Below, one piece after another: positions 49,940 to 60,962 of a DNA stretch of 64,000 nucleotides; positions within the stretch are counted from its first letter, which is position 1, and the number at the start of each line of letters is the position of its first letter. The stretch covers positions 3,143-67,142 of the forward strand of contig JBBRAW010000001.1 in the NCBI GenBank assembly GCA_038206385.1. The letters are read 5' to 3'. This DNA comes from Bacteroidia bacterium (GTDB taxonomy: Bacteria > Bacteroidota > Bacteroidia > AKYH767-A > OLB10). The translations under genes were made by a program, and so were the position numbers. Below the pieces are notes generated by a model that had not been told where the DNA came from, searched no databases, and saw nothing but the letters and a program-made list of their open reading frames with translations.

Positions 49940-50581
49940 TTATTTTATTTTTAAAGTTTCAATGTATTCTGCAACAGCTTCAATTTGTTCTTTAGTTAAT
50001 GATTTCTCATAACTTATCATTGCGTTTTTTCCATGAGTAATAATTGCTATTTTTTCATCGTTAGATAAGTTTGAAATACTCAAATCTTTTGCACCACTCA
50101 TCCCAGCTTTTCCATCAGTACCATGGCAACTTTGACACATTTTAGCATATACATCCTGACCGACAGCTAAGTGATCTCCATTAGCTAATATTTCAACTTT
50201 TTCTCTCTTAAAAATTGGAGACTTGGTTTCTGAAATACCATACGCATAAATGATTAAAAGTAATGATACTAACGCAAGCGATTTCTTTTGTCCTTTAAAC
50301 GCAACAACAGCAATTGGAATTGAGATCGCTACAGCAGCAATCTTTACCCATAACCATGTACCATTCGTTCCTGATTTTGCTGCAAGATAAATTCCTGTTG
50401 CCAGGAATAATGTACTTACAATCATTTCAAGGATGCGCGTCTTTTTTATGAAATTAATTAATGCCTCCTTTTTATTTAACAGTAGTAGAATTGTTTTGAT
50501 AAAGTAGATTAACAAGAAGATTGTTACAACTAATTTATGGCTATGAAGCATTCCTGTATACATGATGATAGAATTTGTCAC
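49940..50581 (-). CDS. Membrane-anchored c-type cytochrome
   Basis: Four N-terminal TM helices, then a C-terminal mono-haem domain with CQSCHG (CxxCH). Confidence 0.65.
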   Translation of the reverse strand: MTNSIIMYTGMLHSHKLVVTIFLLIYFIKTILLLLNKKEALINFIKKTRILEMIVSTLFLATGIYLAAKSGTNGTWLWVKIAAVAISIPIAVVAFKGQKKSLALVSLLLIIYAYGISETKSPIFKREKVEILANGDHLAVGQDVYAKMCQSCHGTDGKAGMSGAKDLSISNLSNDEKIAIITHGKNAMISYEKSLTKEQIEAVAEYIETLKIK

Positions 50582-50685
50582 GCAAATGTAAAGGAATTTG
50601 TTAGATGATTTTACATTATTACAACATAGTTGTGGAATTTATTTAGGCTCACCATCGTTCTATTTTTAACCTAAAAAATAATATT

Positions 50686-51483
50686 ATGAACCTCCACAAT
50701 TGGGAAAATCCTACTTCAGCACAACGCAATGAATTAGTTTTTGCGAACAGAAATCAAAGTTATGGTGCTTATGAAATACGGCAATCTTATGAACGAACTC
50801 TTTTAAAGTCCTTTTTACTCACGTGCTCCTTTGTTATTTTTTTAGTAATTCTTCAGCGACTTTACAATTACATTTTTCCTGCAGTTACACTTCCAAAATT
50901 AATTTTAACATCTGTAATCTTAGATGTAAAACAATTTGAGGATAAAAAAATAATTCCAATGCCTCAAACATTAAAGCCAAATGAGTTCATACCAAAACCA
51001 TCTGGCACTTCGAATTCTTTAACAATACCAATTGTAATTGATTCAACTGAAAATAATGTTTTAGCACAAGAGCTACTTTCGAAAGGAAAAATAGGTAACG
51101 GTGACACGATAGATAGTTCAGAGATTGTTGAAATAATTCCTGAAAATTCTCCAGGAAACGGGAAATCGGAAATTAAAATGCACTCGGAAGAAATGCCGTC
51201 GTTTCCGGGTGGAGAAATTGCAATGTTGAATTTCATTTCTAAAAATTTGAGCTATCCTGAAGGTGCTAAAGAAAGTAAAATTTCAGGAATTGTATACATT
51301 ACTTTTGTTGTAGATGTGAATGGTGATTTAAAAAATATCGAAACAAAACGTGGTATCGGAGGTGGTTGCGAACAAGAGGCAATACGCGTGTTAAACAAAA
51401 TGCCACGTTGGAATCCGGGTAAAGATAATGGTCGAGCTGTTAATGTTGAATTTATTCTTCCAATCAAATTTACGCTACAATAA
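50686..51483 (+). CDS. TonB-family energy transducer
   Basis: N-terminal TM anchor (LLKSFLLTCSFVIFLVIL). Pro-rich linker. C-terminal TonB_C fold (GIVYITFVVDVNGDLKNIETKRG...EAIRVLNKMPRWNPG). Confidence 0.7.
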   Translation: MNLHNWENPTSAQRNELVFANRNQSYGAYEIRQSYERTLLKSFLLTCSFVIFLVILQRLYNYIFPAVTLPKLILTSVILDVKQFEDKKIIPMPQTLKPNEFIPKPSGTSNSLTIPIVIDSTENNVLAQELLSKGKIGNGDTIDSSEIVEIIPENSPGNGKSEIKMHSEEMPSFPGGEIAMLNFISKNLSYPEGAKESKISGIVYITFVVDVNGDLKNIETKRGIGGGCEQEAIRVLNKMPRWNPGKDNGRAVNVEFILPIKFTLQ

Positions 51484-51499
51484 AAAAGTTTGTCATTCC

Positions 51500-51542
51500 A
51501 ACTAGAGGTCAGCAATTCTGACTTCTAGTTTTTTTTAAAAAC
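51500..51542 (+). terminator. Rho-independent terminator after the TonB-family gene
   Basis: aactagaggtcag-caatt-ctgacttctagtt hairpin (one mismatch) followed by tttttttt. Confidence 0.65.
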
Positions 51543-51607
51543 ATATTTATGAAATCACTGTTCGTGATTAGATCATATCTATTACTTTTGGTGCATCCAT
51601 TTCACCT

Positions 51608-54223
51608 ATGAAAAACTCTCTTCTCACCTTAATAGTTTGTATTGCCTTTTGCCTGAATGCTTGTAAATCAACTAAGAATTCTTCCAACATCGTACATCGC
51701 GAATTACCTGAAATCACCATTAAACCAGGGCCGATTCCAAACGAAAATTATCGTGCTTCCAATACAATTTTGAATGAACTATTAGACACGAAATTGGAGG
51801 TAAGTTTTAATTGGCAAAAGCAATACCTCTACGGAAAAGCGACATTAACACTTCGGCCACATTTTTACGATCAAACTATTTTATGGCTTAATGCAAGAGG
51901 TATGGAAATTAAATCAGTTCAATTATTAACAGGGAATGATTCTATTCCTTTAACCTATAATTACGCAAATGATAGTCTGAAAATAACACTCAACAAAACA
52001 TATAAAGCACATGAAGAATATCGAGTTTATATCAATTATATTTCTAAGCCGGAAGAATTAAAAGATGTAAATGGTTCTGATGCAATAAGTAGTAACAAAG
52101 GTTTGTTTTTTATTAATCCATTAGGAGAAGAAAAGGATAAACCTATGCAGATTTGGACACAAGGAGAAACACAATCTAACTCTGTATGGTTTCCAACTAT
52201 TGATTCTCCAAATCAAAAAATGACTCAAGAAATAAGTATTACTATTGATTCTGCCTTTACAACTTTATCAAACGGTTTACTTATAAAAAGCAAAAATAAT
52301 AACGATGGTACTCGCACTGATACATGGAAGCAAACTTTACCTCATGCTCCCTATTTAGCTATGATGGCTATTGGGAAATTTGCAATTGTAAAAGATCATT
52401 GGAGAAATAAAGAAGTGAATTATTATGTGGAGCCTTCATACAAAAATGTTGCAAGAAAAATATTTGGAAAGACACCTGAAATGATGGAATTTTTTTCCAA
52501 CAAACTAAAAGTTGATTTTCCTTGGGATAAGTATAGTGAGGTTGTTGTTCGTGATTATGTAAGCGGTGCAATGGAAAATTCAAGTGCAACATTATTTGGC
52601 GAATTCATGCAACGTGACGATCGTGAATTAGTAGATGAAAATTACGAAGAAGATGTAGCACACGAATTATTTCACCATTGGTTTGGAGATTTAGTAACAT
52701 GCGAATCATGGTCGAATACTCCATTAAATGAATCGTTCGCCACACTTGGTGAATACCTTTGGAATGAACACGAATATGGTCGCGATTACGCAGATATTTA
52801 TCTTCAAAAAGACATGAATGATTATTTACGTGAATCAAAAGGAAAACAAGTTGATTTAATTCGATACCACTATAACACAGATGATGATATGTTCGATCGT
52901 CACTCTTATGAAAAAGGAGGCTGCATCTTAAATATGTTAAGGAGGTATGTTGGTGACGATGCATTCTTTGCTTCACTACATAATTATTTAGAAACAAATA
53001 AATTTAAAACTGTTGAAGCCCATCAGTTACGGTTAGCATTTGAAGAAGTTACAGGAGAAGATTTAAATTGGTTTTTCAACGAATGGTTTTTCAATAAAGG
53101 ACATTTAATACTTGACATTTCCTACAACTGGAGTGAAGAAAAAAAAGAAGCAAGCATGATAGTATCACAACTGCAAGATTTACAAACTACACCTATCTAT
53201 AAACTTCCCGTTGACGTTGATATATTTGAAAATGGCAAAAAAAAGAGAGAAAGAATTATCATTACATCAGCAAATGAAACATTCACATTTAAGTGCAATT
53301 CAAAACCAGAACTAATAAACTTTGATGCAGAAAAAATGCTTTTAGGAGTAAAGACTGATCATCATAGTGAAGAAGAATGGGTTTCACTTTTTAATAATGG
53401 CACTTTATATTTAGATCGCTTCGAGGCCTTACACCATTTTGGAAAAGAATATACAGTTGGTTCACCTCAAGCAAAGGTTGTAAAAGAGGCACTCACAGAT
53501 AAAAACTGGAAAATTAGAAATATTGCACTGCATAATATTGTAACTTTTACTCGTTCTCCTGAAGCACTTTTAATGAAGGATCAATTGATAATAATTTCTA
53601 AAAATGATGTAAAATCATCGAATAGATCCTATGCATTAGGAGTACTTGCAGATAATTATTCTGGGAATGATATAGTAGATCTTTTAAAACTAAAATTGAA
53701 TGATAGTTCTTATGAAGTTGCAGAAACCGCAATACAATTATTGATGGAAAAAGATTCTATAAGTGGGTTACACTACATCCAAGAACTTGAAAAAGATAAT
53801 AATTTTCCAATCATGGATATTGTTTCTGGCATCTATGCCAAATATGGAAATGATGCACAGTTAAATTATATGAACAATGCATTTTCAAAAAATAAAACAT
53901 CAGGTGGGCGATATACACGTATTCAAAATTTTGCTAATTTTTTAATGCGTTGCGATGAGCAGCAAGGAATCGAAGAGGGTTTATTACTTCTTCGTGATGA
54001 AGGAAAGAATGCTTCACCATGGTATAACCGCCTTGCAGCAGCTCAAGCACTTTCCGATCTCACAAGTAAATTTTATGACCGTGAACGTTCTGCTCAACAT
54101 GCCAATGATTCAGCAGCTACAAGTAAGTTCACAACACTTCAAATCATCTCCGAAAAATACCTCGACGAATTAAAAAGTACTGAAGAAGATGATAAGTTAA
54201 AAAAGATTTATAATATCAAATAA
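51608..54223 (+). CDS. M1-family metallopeptidase (aminopeptidase N-like), lipoprotein
   Basis: Lipoprotein signal LIVCIAFCLNACKS. GAMENSSAT (GxMEN exopeptidase motif). HELFHHWFGDLVT...LNESFATL (HExxH-x18-E). 871 aa with C-terminal ARM/HEAT-like extension. Confidence 0.8.
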   Translation: MKNSLLTLIVCIAFCLNACKSTKNSSNIVHRELPEITIKPGPIPNENYRASNTILNELLDTKLEVSFNWQKQYLYGKATLTLRPHFYDQTILWLNARGMEIKSVQLLTGNDSIPLTYNYANDSLKITLNKTYKAHEEYRVYINYISKPEELKDVNGSDAISSNKGLFFINPLGEEKDKPMQIWTQGETQSNSVWFPTIDSPNQKMTQEISITIDSAFTTLSNGLLIKSKNNNDGTRTDTWKQTLPHAPYLAMMAIGKFAIVKDHWRNKEVNYYVEPSYKNVARKIFGKTPEMMEFFSNKLKVDFPWDKYSEVVVRDYVSGAMENSSATLFGEFMQRDDRELVDENYEEDVAHELFHHWFGDLVTCESWSNTPLNESFATLGEYLWNEHEYGRDYADIYLQKDMNDYLRESKGKQVDLIRYHYNTDDDMFDRHSYEKGGCILNMLRRYVGDDAFFASLHNYLETNKFKTVEAHQLRLAFEEVTGEDLNWFFNEWFFNKGHLILDISYNWSEEKKEASMIVSQLQDLQTTPIYKLPVDVDIFENGKKKRERIIITSANETFTFKCNSKPELINFDAEKMLLGVKTDHHSEEEWVSLFNNGTLYLDRFEALHHFGKEYTVGSPQAKVVKEALTDKNWKIRNIALHNIVTFTRSPEALLMKDQLIIISKNDVKSSNRSYALGVLADNYSGNDIVDLLKLKLNDSSYEVAETAIQLLMEKDSISGLHYIQELEKDNNFPIMDIVSGIYAKYGNDAQLNYMNNAFSKNKTSGGRYTRIQNFANFLMRCDEQQGIEEGLLLLRDEGKNASPWYNRLAAAQALSDLTSKFYDRERSAQHANDSAATSKFTTLQIISEKYLDELKSTEEDDKLKKIYNIK

Positions 54224-54354
54224 ATCTTTGAATTAATCGTATGTGTTGAATTTCTTAAATTCTAAAACAATCCTTTTTAAATCAGCATATCGATAAGAGT
54301 GTTCTGAAAATATATTTTTAAAAAAACATTTTAATTCTTAAATAAAACATTAAC

Positions 54355-54801
54355 ATGGGTACTTACACACAAATCATTTATCAAATTGTTTTTAGTACAA
54401 AACACCGCGATCCTGTCATGATCAAAAAAAATCGCGACGAACTTTATGGATATATTTCTGGGATTATCAGAAACAAAAAATGTGTGGTCTATAAAATTAA
54501 TGGTGTAGAAGATCATCTCCACATCTTAACTGACTTACATCCTTCAATTGCGTTAGCTGATTTGATTAAGGATATAAAAATTGCCAGTTCAAAATATATA
54601 AAAGAAAAGAATCTTTTTCCAGGTTTTATTGGTTGGCAAAGTGGATATGGTGCTTTTACCTATTCGGCCAACAGAAAAGAAATATTGATCAACTACATTA
54701 AAAATCAAGAAGCACATCATTTGAAAAAATCTTACCATGATGAGTCTGTCGAATTACTTCGTGAACACGCAATAGATTATGAGGAGAATTATCTTTTTTA
54801 A
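54355..54801 (+). mobile_element. IS200/IS605-like Y1 (HUH) tyrosine transposase, stand-alone without tnpB; probable REP-associated tyrosine transposase (RAYT)
   Basis: 148 aa. HUH motif DHLHIL. Catalytic-Tyr region NYIKNQEAHH (Y-x3-Q, as in IS608 TnpA). No tnpB nearby. Directly followed by a REP-like palindrome cluster. Confidence 0.7.
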
Positions 54802-55190
54802 TTCAACCCCTTTCAGGGTTGTATAACTTTTTCTTTCTAGCACCACATTTCATGTGGTGCTAGAAAGGTTCAACCCCTTCAGGGTTGAAAAAACACTCTC
54901 TATGAAATAACATACAACCCTGAAGGGGGTTGAAAAAACACTCTCTATTAAATAACATACAACCCTGAAGGGGGTTGAACAGCAAGAGGAGTCAACCCTG
55001 AAGGGGGTTGAACAGTAAGAGGAGTCAACCCTGAAGGGGGTTGAACAGCAGTAACGCAACATGAAATGTTGTGCCGTAAAGCGACATGAAATGTAGCGCT
55101 GCGGCACAACAAGGAAATACCATCTTTCAACCCTGAAGGGTTTGAACAGCTCAAACGCAACATTTCATGTTGCGTTTGAGAGAGTTTTTT
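54802..55190. repeat. Cluster of palindromic REP/BIME-like units of two families
   Basis: Family 1 is CAACCCTGAAGGGGGTTG or its complement CAACCCCTTCAGGGTTG, with copies at ~54804, 54871, 54915, 54960, 54994, 55026 and 55138. Family 2 is xACAT-GAA/TTC-ATGTx hairpins (ccacatttcatgtgg, caacatgaaatgttg, gcgacatgaaatgtagcgc, gcaacatttcatgttgc). Higher-order duplications include aaaaaacactctctat.aaataacatacaaccctgaagggggttga twice. The last hairpin (55150-55180) plus a T-run forms a plus-strand terminator. Confidence 0.8.
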
Positions 55191-56172
55191 AGGCAAAGAA
55201 ATAATTCCAAACCCAACTTCCTACAAGAACTAAAAACACTAGTTCCATCAACCAAAATTTTTTGCCAGAAAGAAAATAGTAGGAGATGTATGCAGAGAGT
55301 GGTAATGCAAGAATATTGAAACGATAAAGCTGTTCATCACGTGAAACAAGGACAGAAAAACTTCCAACCACTATGAGCATTAATAATAACTGCTGAATTA
55401 ATCTAGCTTTAGTAACATTTTTATAATAGTTGGATTGCAAACGGATGAGCGACATCACAAATAAAAAACCAATAATTGCAACACTATAAGTATATTGATA
55501 AGTAAAAAAGTGCTTTAGATCTAATTGCTTTGAAATGCCTGTGATGAAAACGCGCGAATAAAAATCATTCAGTTCGTTTTTGAGAAAATAATAAAGAAAT
55601 GCGAGAAAGAAGGGAAGTATGAAACCCAAAATTCCAACAATCCAATCACGCCAAGAGAATGGTCGTAAAATAATTATCCCTAATGCATAGATGAAAAATA
55701 ATACTACTGCTGGTAAATAGAATAATGAAGCTATCGCTAATAAAAAGCAGCTATTAAAATCCAACGAAAGTGGTGATGGATTTTTGTACAACATAAAAAT
55801 TTTATCCAATGCAAAAATTAAAATAGTATTTACTATCAGTAATGGATGAAACCATAAGAATGGAGGAAGTAATGAAACAATGATTATATAAATGAGTGCT
55901 GGTAACCACGATGCGCGATACAATACTTCATGCTTATTCAACACATAATTAAAATGAATTGCTTGCGTACTTATCAATAGCCAACCTAAAATAGCAAAGG
56001 AAAATGCTGGCATCCCTTTCATCAAATACAATAGCAAATCATAGAGAGGCATTCCATTGGGTTCCACCAACCGAAAATGGAGATTCCAAGAAATCATCCA
56101 CATAATTATTGCGACGATACCTAAGATTGCCAGCGCAAAGGGCTGTGTAGTTTTGAAGAGGCGAATGATCAT
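55189..56172 (-). CDS. Hypothetical polytopic membrane protein (327 aa)
   Basis: About 10 hydrophobic helices. No recognisable motifs. Confidence 0.5.
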   Translation of the reverse strand: MIIRLFKTTQPFALAILGIVAIIMWMISWNLHFRLVEPNGMPLYDLLLYLMKGMPAFSFAILGWLLISTQAIHFNYVLNKHEVLYRASWLPALIYIIIVSLLPPFLWFHPLLIVNTILIFALDKIFMLYKNPSPLSLDFNSCFLLAIASLFYLPAVVLFFIYALGIIILRPFSWRDWIVGILGFILPFFLAFLYYFLKNELNDFYSRVFITGISKQLDLKHFFTYQYTYSVAIIGFLFVMSLIRLQSNYYKNVTKARLIQQLLLMLIVVGSFSVLVSRDEQLYRFNILALPLSAYISYYFLSGKKFWLMELVFLVLVGSWVWNYFFA

Positions 56173-56242
56173 ATATTACCCGGAATTTTTTGATTTATCT
56201 TTCCGGAAAAAGAATTAACTTTGTGCAAAATTAAATCAAATT

Positions 56243-56428
56243 ATGGACGCGGTCTGGTACGGAATTGCACATGTTGCACAATCGATGTTTAAATTTCTTC
56301 CGCCAATTGGCGCACTAACAAACTGGTTCTTCGGACTTTCTATCACTGTTGGAGTAATTTATTGGCTTTGGTACGATGCAAAAGTTCGTCGTGGGGGTGA
56401 TAATTTCATGGCAAATAAAGGCAAATAA
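56243..56428 (+). CDS. Possible small membrane protein (61 aa)
   Basis: One hydrophobic helix (LTNWFFGLSITVGVIYWLWY). Reads divergently from the membrane protein gene. A strong terminator lies 50 nt downstream. Speculative. Confidence 0.3.
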   Translation: MDAVWYGIAHVAQSMFKFLPPIGALTNWFFGLSITVGVIYWLWYDAKVRRGGDNFMANKGK

Positions 56429-56477
56429 AACCAATTGTATATTTAGCTAGGTTACTATATTCATTACCTGTTTTCAT

Positions 56478-56516
56478 AAAAAAACGCGGTTCTTTTCGAA
56501 GAACCGCGTTTTTATC
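56478..56516. terminator. Bidirectional rho-independent terminator
   Basis: Perfect 14-bp stem aaaacgcggttctt / aagaaccgcgtttt with loop ttcg. A-run on one side and T-run on the other. Serves the convergent genes at 56243..56428 (+) and 56532..58835 (-). Confidence 0.8.
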
Positions 56517-56531
56517 TTTCAGCTATTCTTC

Positions 56532-58835
56532 TCAATGAATCATTGTGAGCTTTGTTAGGCAACTATTAGTTCCAGCAGCATCCGATGAAAAAACAATATA
56601 AACCCCTGATTGTACTCTTTGGCCATTCAGATTCGTACCATTCCAAATTGCCTGAGCACCCAACGACTTTGCTTGATACACGAGGTTTCCAGAAACATCC
56701 GTAATTTTTATAATCCCATTTGGAACCAATCCCTTAATAGCAATTGGACCAGTATACTCATGCTTCACAGGATTCGGATAAACAACCAAATCGGTACATC
56801 CTGTTCCACCTTCAATTGCTGTTCCTTGATAACTAATCAACCCTTTATCAGTACCAATATAAACCTCTCCCGATTTACCTTCAATATTTATTGATGAAAT
56901 AGTATTTGAAAATAATGGTGAATTATCAGATGTGAAATGACTAATCTCTGTCTGACCATCAGCAGAAAATAAAAATAATCCTCCGCTCTCAGTACCAATC
57001 CATTTCTGATTGGCGGCATCAACAGCGATGGCAGTAACCGTTTCCGTTTCTAATAAATATTGATAGGTATTATCTTGCTTTATCAAAATTTGTTGAGCGG
57101 TTGTACTCGGCGGATAGATCAAATAAATACCCTTTTCAGTGCCTGCCCAAATAACACCGTCGAGATCAATTGTCATTGTTCTAACACGGTTAGATGCAAA
57201 ATCAATAATTGCCATTTGATCATCACTTGGATCGTCAATCGTATTTCGATCATCATAAGCAAGAATTCCTTCCTTACCACCAATATTTTCGAAAAGAATT
57301 ACCCATTTAATTCCATTATTATCGATGATCAAATCTCCAGTTTTTGAATTCGTAATTAAGCCAGGCATATTAAAAGCTTTCCATGTACCATCATTTTTCA
57401 AAACGTTTAATACGGTATTTACTCCCGCATTTGCACACCATAAATTTCCTTCGCTATCATAAGCAATGCCATGCACTTTCACCTGACCAGGATTTCCAAA
57501 TTGAACTTTCAATGTGCTATTCGTTTCGCGATAAACATGTAGAGGAACACCATTTTTAAATTCAAGTAATCCTGCTCCACCTGATGATAAAAAAACATGA
57601 TTCTTATCCGAATTGTCAATTGCCACAGCCATGATATCAAACAATCCATATTGATAAAACATCTGTTGCTGCAATCCAGTATATCCATCATAAGTCACCC
57701 AATCTTTTCCATCAAAAGATGAAAAACCATTGTACAAATATTGATTATCCCATCCTCTATTTCGTGGGCCATGCGTAGCCCAAAGTTGTCCATTTATTGT
57801 TCGCATCATACTAAACTGCGTAGAGTTTGGGCCATCAGGAATAATAGAATCGTAAGCAGTTTCTGAAATTTTTAATAAACCTTTTTTATTATCAGCAGCC
57901 CAAATTAATCCTGTATTATCTTTAAGTGCATATTTAAGATTTCCATTCGGAATAAATCCTCCGTCAATGTAACGATTACGTGTTAATGATGCATCATATT
58001 TACTGATAGAATAATCATTGGTGATCAACAATTCATTATCAGAAACGACGATATTGTTATTACGATTAGTATTCGAAATATTTCCCGCTGGTGCACCCCA
58101 ACTACCATTATAAACCATGAGTGTATCCGTTGAATTTCGTCGAGAATAATTTACAACTAATTCATTATTAAAATTAACAAGTAAATTAAAATCTCCTTTA
58201 TCACCCGTATCATCTAAAATCTTTGTCCAGTTGTTGTAGTTGGATAAATTCGGATCATTAATTCCTCCACGATAAACACCATCTTCTGTTGCAGCATAAA
58301 TATAATTATTGTCAACTGCGATTTGAAAAATATTGATGCTTGATCCATTTGGTCCAATGAAATATGTATCCTTTACTTCGTTCTTTTCTAAATCTAAAAC
58401 AACAATTCCAAAACCACATGCAAGAAATGCATATTTCCCCGATATAAAAATTGTGTTGATGGTTTTATTTCCAGGAACATTTTTTCTTTTTATATCAGAA
58501 AGATTTAATACCTGATCATCATCATATAACAAATCAATATTTGCATCGGCATAACCAATAATTAAAACATGACGAGTTGGATTATACGTAATCGTACTTA
58601 TTCCAAAATCATTAAGTCCATTTAATTTTGAAAATCGTTGAATACTATTGTCATCCTTTGAAAAAGAAAAAAGACCATCATCGGTAGCACAAAAAATACG
58701 TTTCATTCCATCAGCAAGTGTGCGTGCATGTAAATAAGGAAGATGTTCGCGCCAACTTCCTAACTTGAATGGCTGAGCATTAATTGTGGTGGCGATGAGC
58801 AAGCCAAGAAAAAATAAGTAGAGTCGTTTAAGCAT
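56532..58835 (-). CDS. Secreted beta-propeller (two-component-regulator-propeller-like) protein with T9SS CTD
   Basis: Signal peptide MLKRLYLFFLGLLIATTINAQ. Repeated WxGT..GL / G.....D..G..W propeller blades. C-terminal CTD VVYPNPVKHEYTGPIAIKGL...GVYIVFSSDAAGTNSCLTKLTMIH. Confidence 0.65.
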   Translation of the reverse strand: MLKRLYLFFLGLLIATTINAQPFKLGSWREHLPYLHARTLADGMKRIFCATDDGLFSFSKDDNSIQRFSKLNGLNDFGISTITYNPTRHVLIIGYADANIDLLYDDDQVLNLSDIKRKNVPGNKTINTIFISGKYAFLACGFGIVVLDLEKNEVKDTYFIGPNGSSINIFQIAVDNNYIYAATEDGVYRGGINDPNLSNYNNWTKILDDTGDKGDFNLLVNFNNELVVNYSRRNSTDTLMVYNGSWGAPAGNISNTNRNNNIVVSDNELLITNDYSISKYDASLTRNRYIDGGFIPNGNLKYALKDNTGLIWAADNKKGLLKISETAYDSIIPDGPNSTQFSMMRTINGQLWATHGPRNRGWDNQYLYNGFSSFDGKDWVTYDGYTGLQQQMFYQYGLFDIMAVAIDNSDKNHVFLSSGGAGLLEFKNGVPLHVYRETNSTLKVQFGNPGQVKVHGIAYDSEGNLWCANAGVNTVLNVLKNDGTWKAFNMPGLITNSKTGDLIIDNNGIKWVILFENIGGKEGILAYDDRNTIDDPSDDQMAIIDFASNRVRTMTIDLDGVIWAGTEKGIYLIYPPSTTAQQILIKQDNTYQYLLETETVTAIAVDAANQKWIGTESGGLFLFSADGQTEISHFTSDNSPLFSNTISSINIEGKSGEVYIGTDKGLISYQGTAIEGGTGCTDLVVYPNPVKHEYTGPIAIKGLVPNGIIKITDVSGNLVYQAKSLGAQAIWNGTNLNGQRVQSGVYIVFSSDAAGTNSCLTKLTMIH

Positions 58836-59096
58836 AAGAAATGTAGGTAAGGCAAAAATGTAAACAGTATTAATCTGTATTTATTGCCAACGGATAAAAT
58901 TAGCGAAAATTATGCGTTGTGTTTAATAGAGATTTTCGATCTGCGCTAATTCTAGGAAATCATTCCCTCGAAAACGATTGAAATGGCGACGGTTAAGCGA
59001 ATTTTTAAAACATAACTTTTCAATAACGAATACCCATCTATTCTGTGCCATATTTCGTTTTCATAAGTTACCTTCGTAGCCGTTAAAAATTCGATT

Positions 59097-60848
59097 ATGT
59101 TGCGTTCAAATACCTGTGGTGAATTAACTATTTCAAATGTTGGATCAGAAGTCATTCTTTGCGGATGGGTTCAGCGCTCACGTGATTTAGGTGGGATGAC
59201 TTTTATTGATCTTCGCGACCGCTATGGTCTTACTCAATTGGTTTTTAATATGGAAGTAAATTCCATTTTGTGTTTGGAAGCCAGGAAGTTGGGACGAGAA
59301 TTTGTTCTAAAAATTGAAGGTAAAGTAGCGGAACGAAGCAACAAAAATTTAAAGATGCCAACGGGTGAAATTGAAATTCTCGTTGATAAATTAGTAATCC
59401 TGAATACATCCTTAACGCCACCTTTTACCATTGAAGAGCAAACAGATGGCGGTGATGATATCCGAATGAAATATCGGTACCTTGATTTACGCAGGTCTAC
59501 CGTTAGAGCGAATCTAGAATTACGTCATCGTATCGCTATCGAAACAAGAAATTACCTTGACCGTGAACGATTTTTAGAGGTGGAAACTCCTGTCTTAATA
59601 AAGTCGACACCCGAAGGAGCTCGTGATTTTGTGGTGCCATCGCGCATGAATCAAGGTCAGTTTTATGCTCTACCACAGTCGCCACAAACATTTAAACAGC
59701 TGCTCATGGTGGCAGGATTTGATCGCTATTATCAGATTGTAAAATGCTTTCGTGATGAAGATCTTCGTGCCGATCGTCAGCCTGAATTTACACAAATAGA
59801 CTGTGAAATGAGTTTCGTGGAACAAGAAGATATTTTGCAAACTTTTGAAGGTATGGTTCGTCATCTTTTCAAATCTGTAAAAGGTATTGAGATTCCTGAA
59901 TTACCTCGTATGACTTACGCCGATGCCATGAAAAATTATGGTTGCGATAAGCCTGATATTCGTTTCGGAATGAAGTTTATCGAGATGACAGATCTTGTGA
60001 AAGATAAAGGCTTTAAAGTTTTTGATGATGCTAATATCGTTATCGGAATTAATGCAGAAGGATGCTCGGAATATACCCGCAAACAGCTTGATGAACTTAC
60101 AGAATTTGTAAAGAAACCACAGATTGGCGCCAATGGATTGATCTATCTGAAATGCAATTTAGATGGTACGTTAAAGTCAAGCGTTGATAAATTTTATAGT
60201 GCGGAAGAACTCCAAAAATGGGCAAATTTATTTGGCGCTAAAGAAGGAGATTTATTGCTTTTATTAGCTGGCGACACGCACAAAACACGCAACGCAATGA
60301 ATGAGCTCCGCTTGGAAATGGGTTCTCGTTTAGGCTTACGTGATAAAAATAAATTTCAATGTTTATGGGTGGTGGATTTTCCATTACTTGAATTTGGCGT
60401 AGAGGCAAATAGATGGTTTGCGATGCATCATCCTTTTACATCACCATTGCCCGAAGACTTACATCTTCTTGAAAGTAATCCTGGTGAAATACGCGCGAAT
60501 GCTTACGATATGGTGATTAACGGTGTTGAAGTTGGTGGCGGTTCGATTCGCATTCATAATAAACAGTTACAGCAGCAAATGTTTGGCATCCTTGGCTTTA
60601 CGCCTGAAGAAGCACAATATCAATTCGGATTTTTACTCAATGCATTTGAATACGGTGCTCCTCCACATGGTGGAATTGCTTTCGGATTAGATCGTCTTTG
60701 TTCGCTTTTTGGTGGTTCTGATAGCATCCGAGATTTCATTGCTTTCCCTAAAAATAATAGCGGTCGTGATGTAATGATTGATGCCCCTTCTCTCATTCAT
60801 GCCGAGCAATTGAAAGAATTAGGAATTGATTTGAAATCTCAGCAATAA
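59097..60848 (+). CDS. aspS: Aspartate--tRNA ligase
   Basis: N-terminal anticodon-binding OB fold (RSNTCGELT...[22 protein letters not shown]). Class II motifs [18 protein letters not shown] and GGGSIRIH, plus the GAD insertion domain. Length 583 aa. Confidence 0.9.
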   Translation: MLRSNTCGELTISNVGSEVILCGWVQRSRDLGGMTFIDLRDRYGLTQLVFNMEVNSILCLEARKLGREFVLKIEGKVAERSNKNLKMPTGEIEILVDKLVILNTSLTPPFTIEEQTDGGDDIRMKYRYLDLRRSTVRANLELRHRIAIETRNYLDRERFLEVETPVLIKSTPEGARDFVVPSRMNQGQFYALPQSPQTFKQLLMVAGFDRYYQIVKCFRDEDLRADRQPEFTQIDCEMSFVEQEDILQTFEGMVRHLFKSVKGIEIPELPRMTYADAMKNYGCDKPDIRFGMKFIEMTDLVKDKGFKVFDDANIVIGINAEGCSEYTRKQLDELTEFVKKPQIGANGLIYLKCNLDGTLKSSVDKFYSAEELQKWANLFGAKEGDLLLLLAGDTHKTRNAMNELRLEMGSRLGLRDKNKFQCLWVVDFPLLEFGVEANRWFAMHHPFTSPLPEDLHLLESNPGEIRANAYDMVINGVEVGGGSIRIHNKQLQQQMFGILGFTPEEAQYQFGFLLNAFEYGAPPHGGIAFGLDRLCSLFGGSDSIRDFIAFPKNNSGRDVMIDAPSLIHAEQLKELGIDLKSQQ

Positions 60849-60962
60849 TTATATTTAAAAAATGATTTTAACTGAAAATACAATTAACGCTTTTAGAATT
60901 AAAGATTAGTTATCTTCAAATTGCCAAATTTTCAAATTGTTTATTTATTTACTTTGCGCAAT

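Noticed and set aside
54850-55196. Two minus-strand ORFs (85 and 82 aa) with repeated STPFRV / QPPSGLTPL peptides
   Set aside because: They are translation artefacts of the tandem CAACCCTGAAGGGGGTTG palindromes of the REP cluster, not genes.
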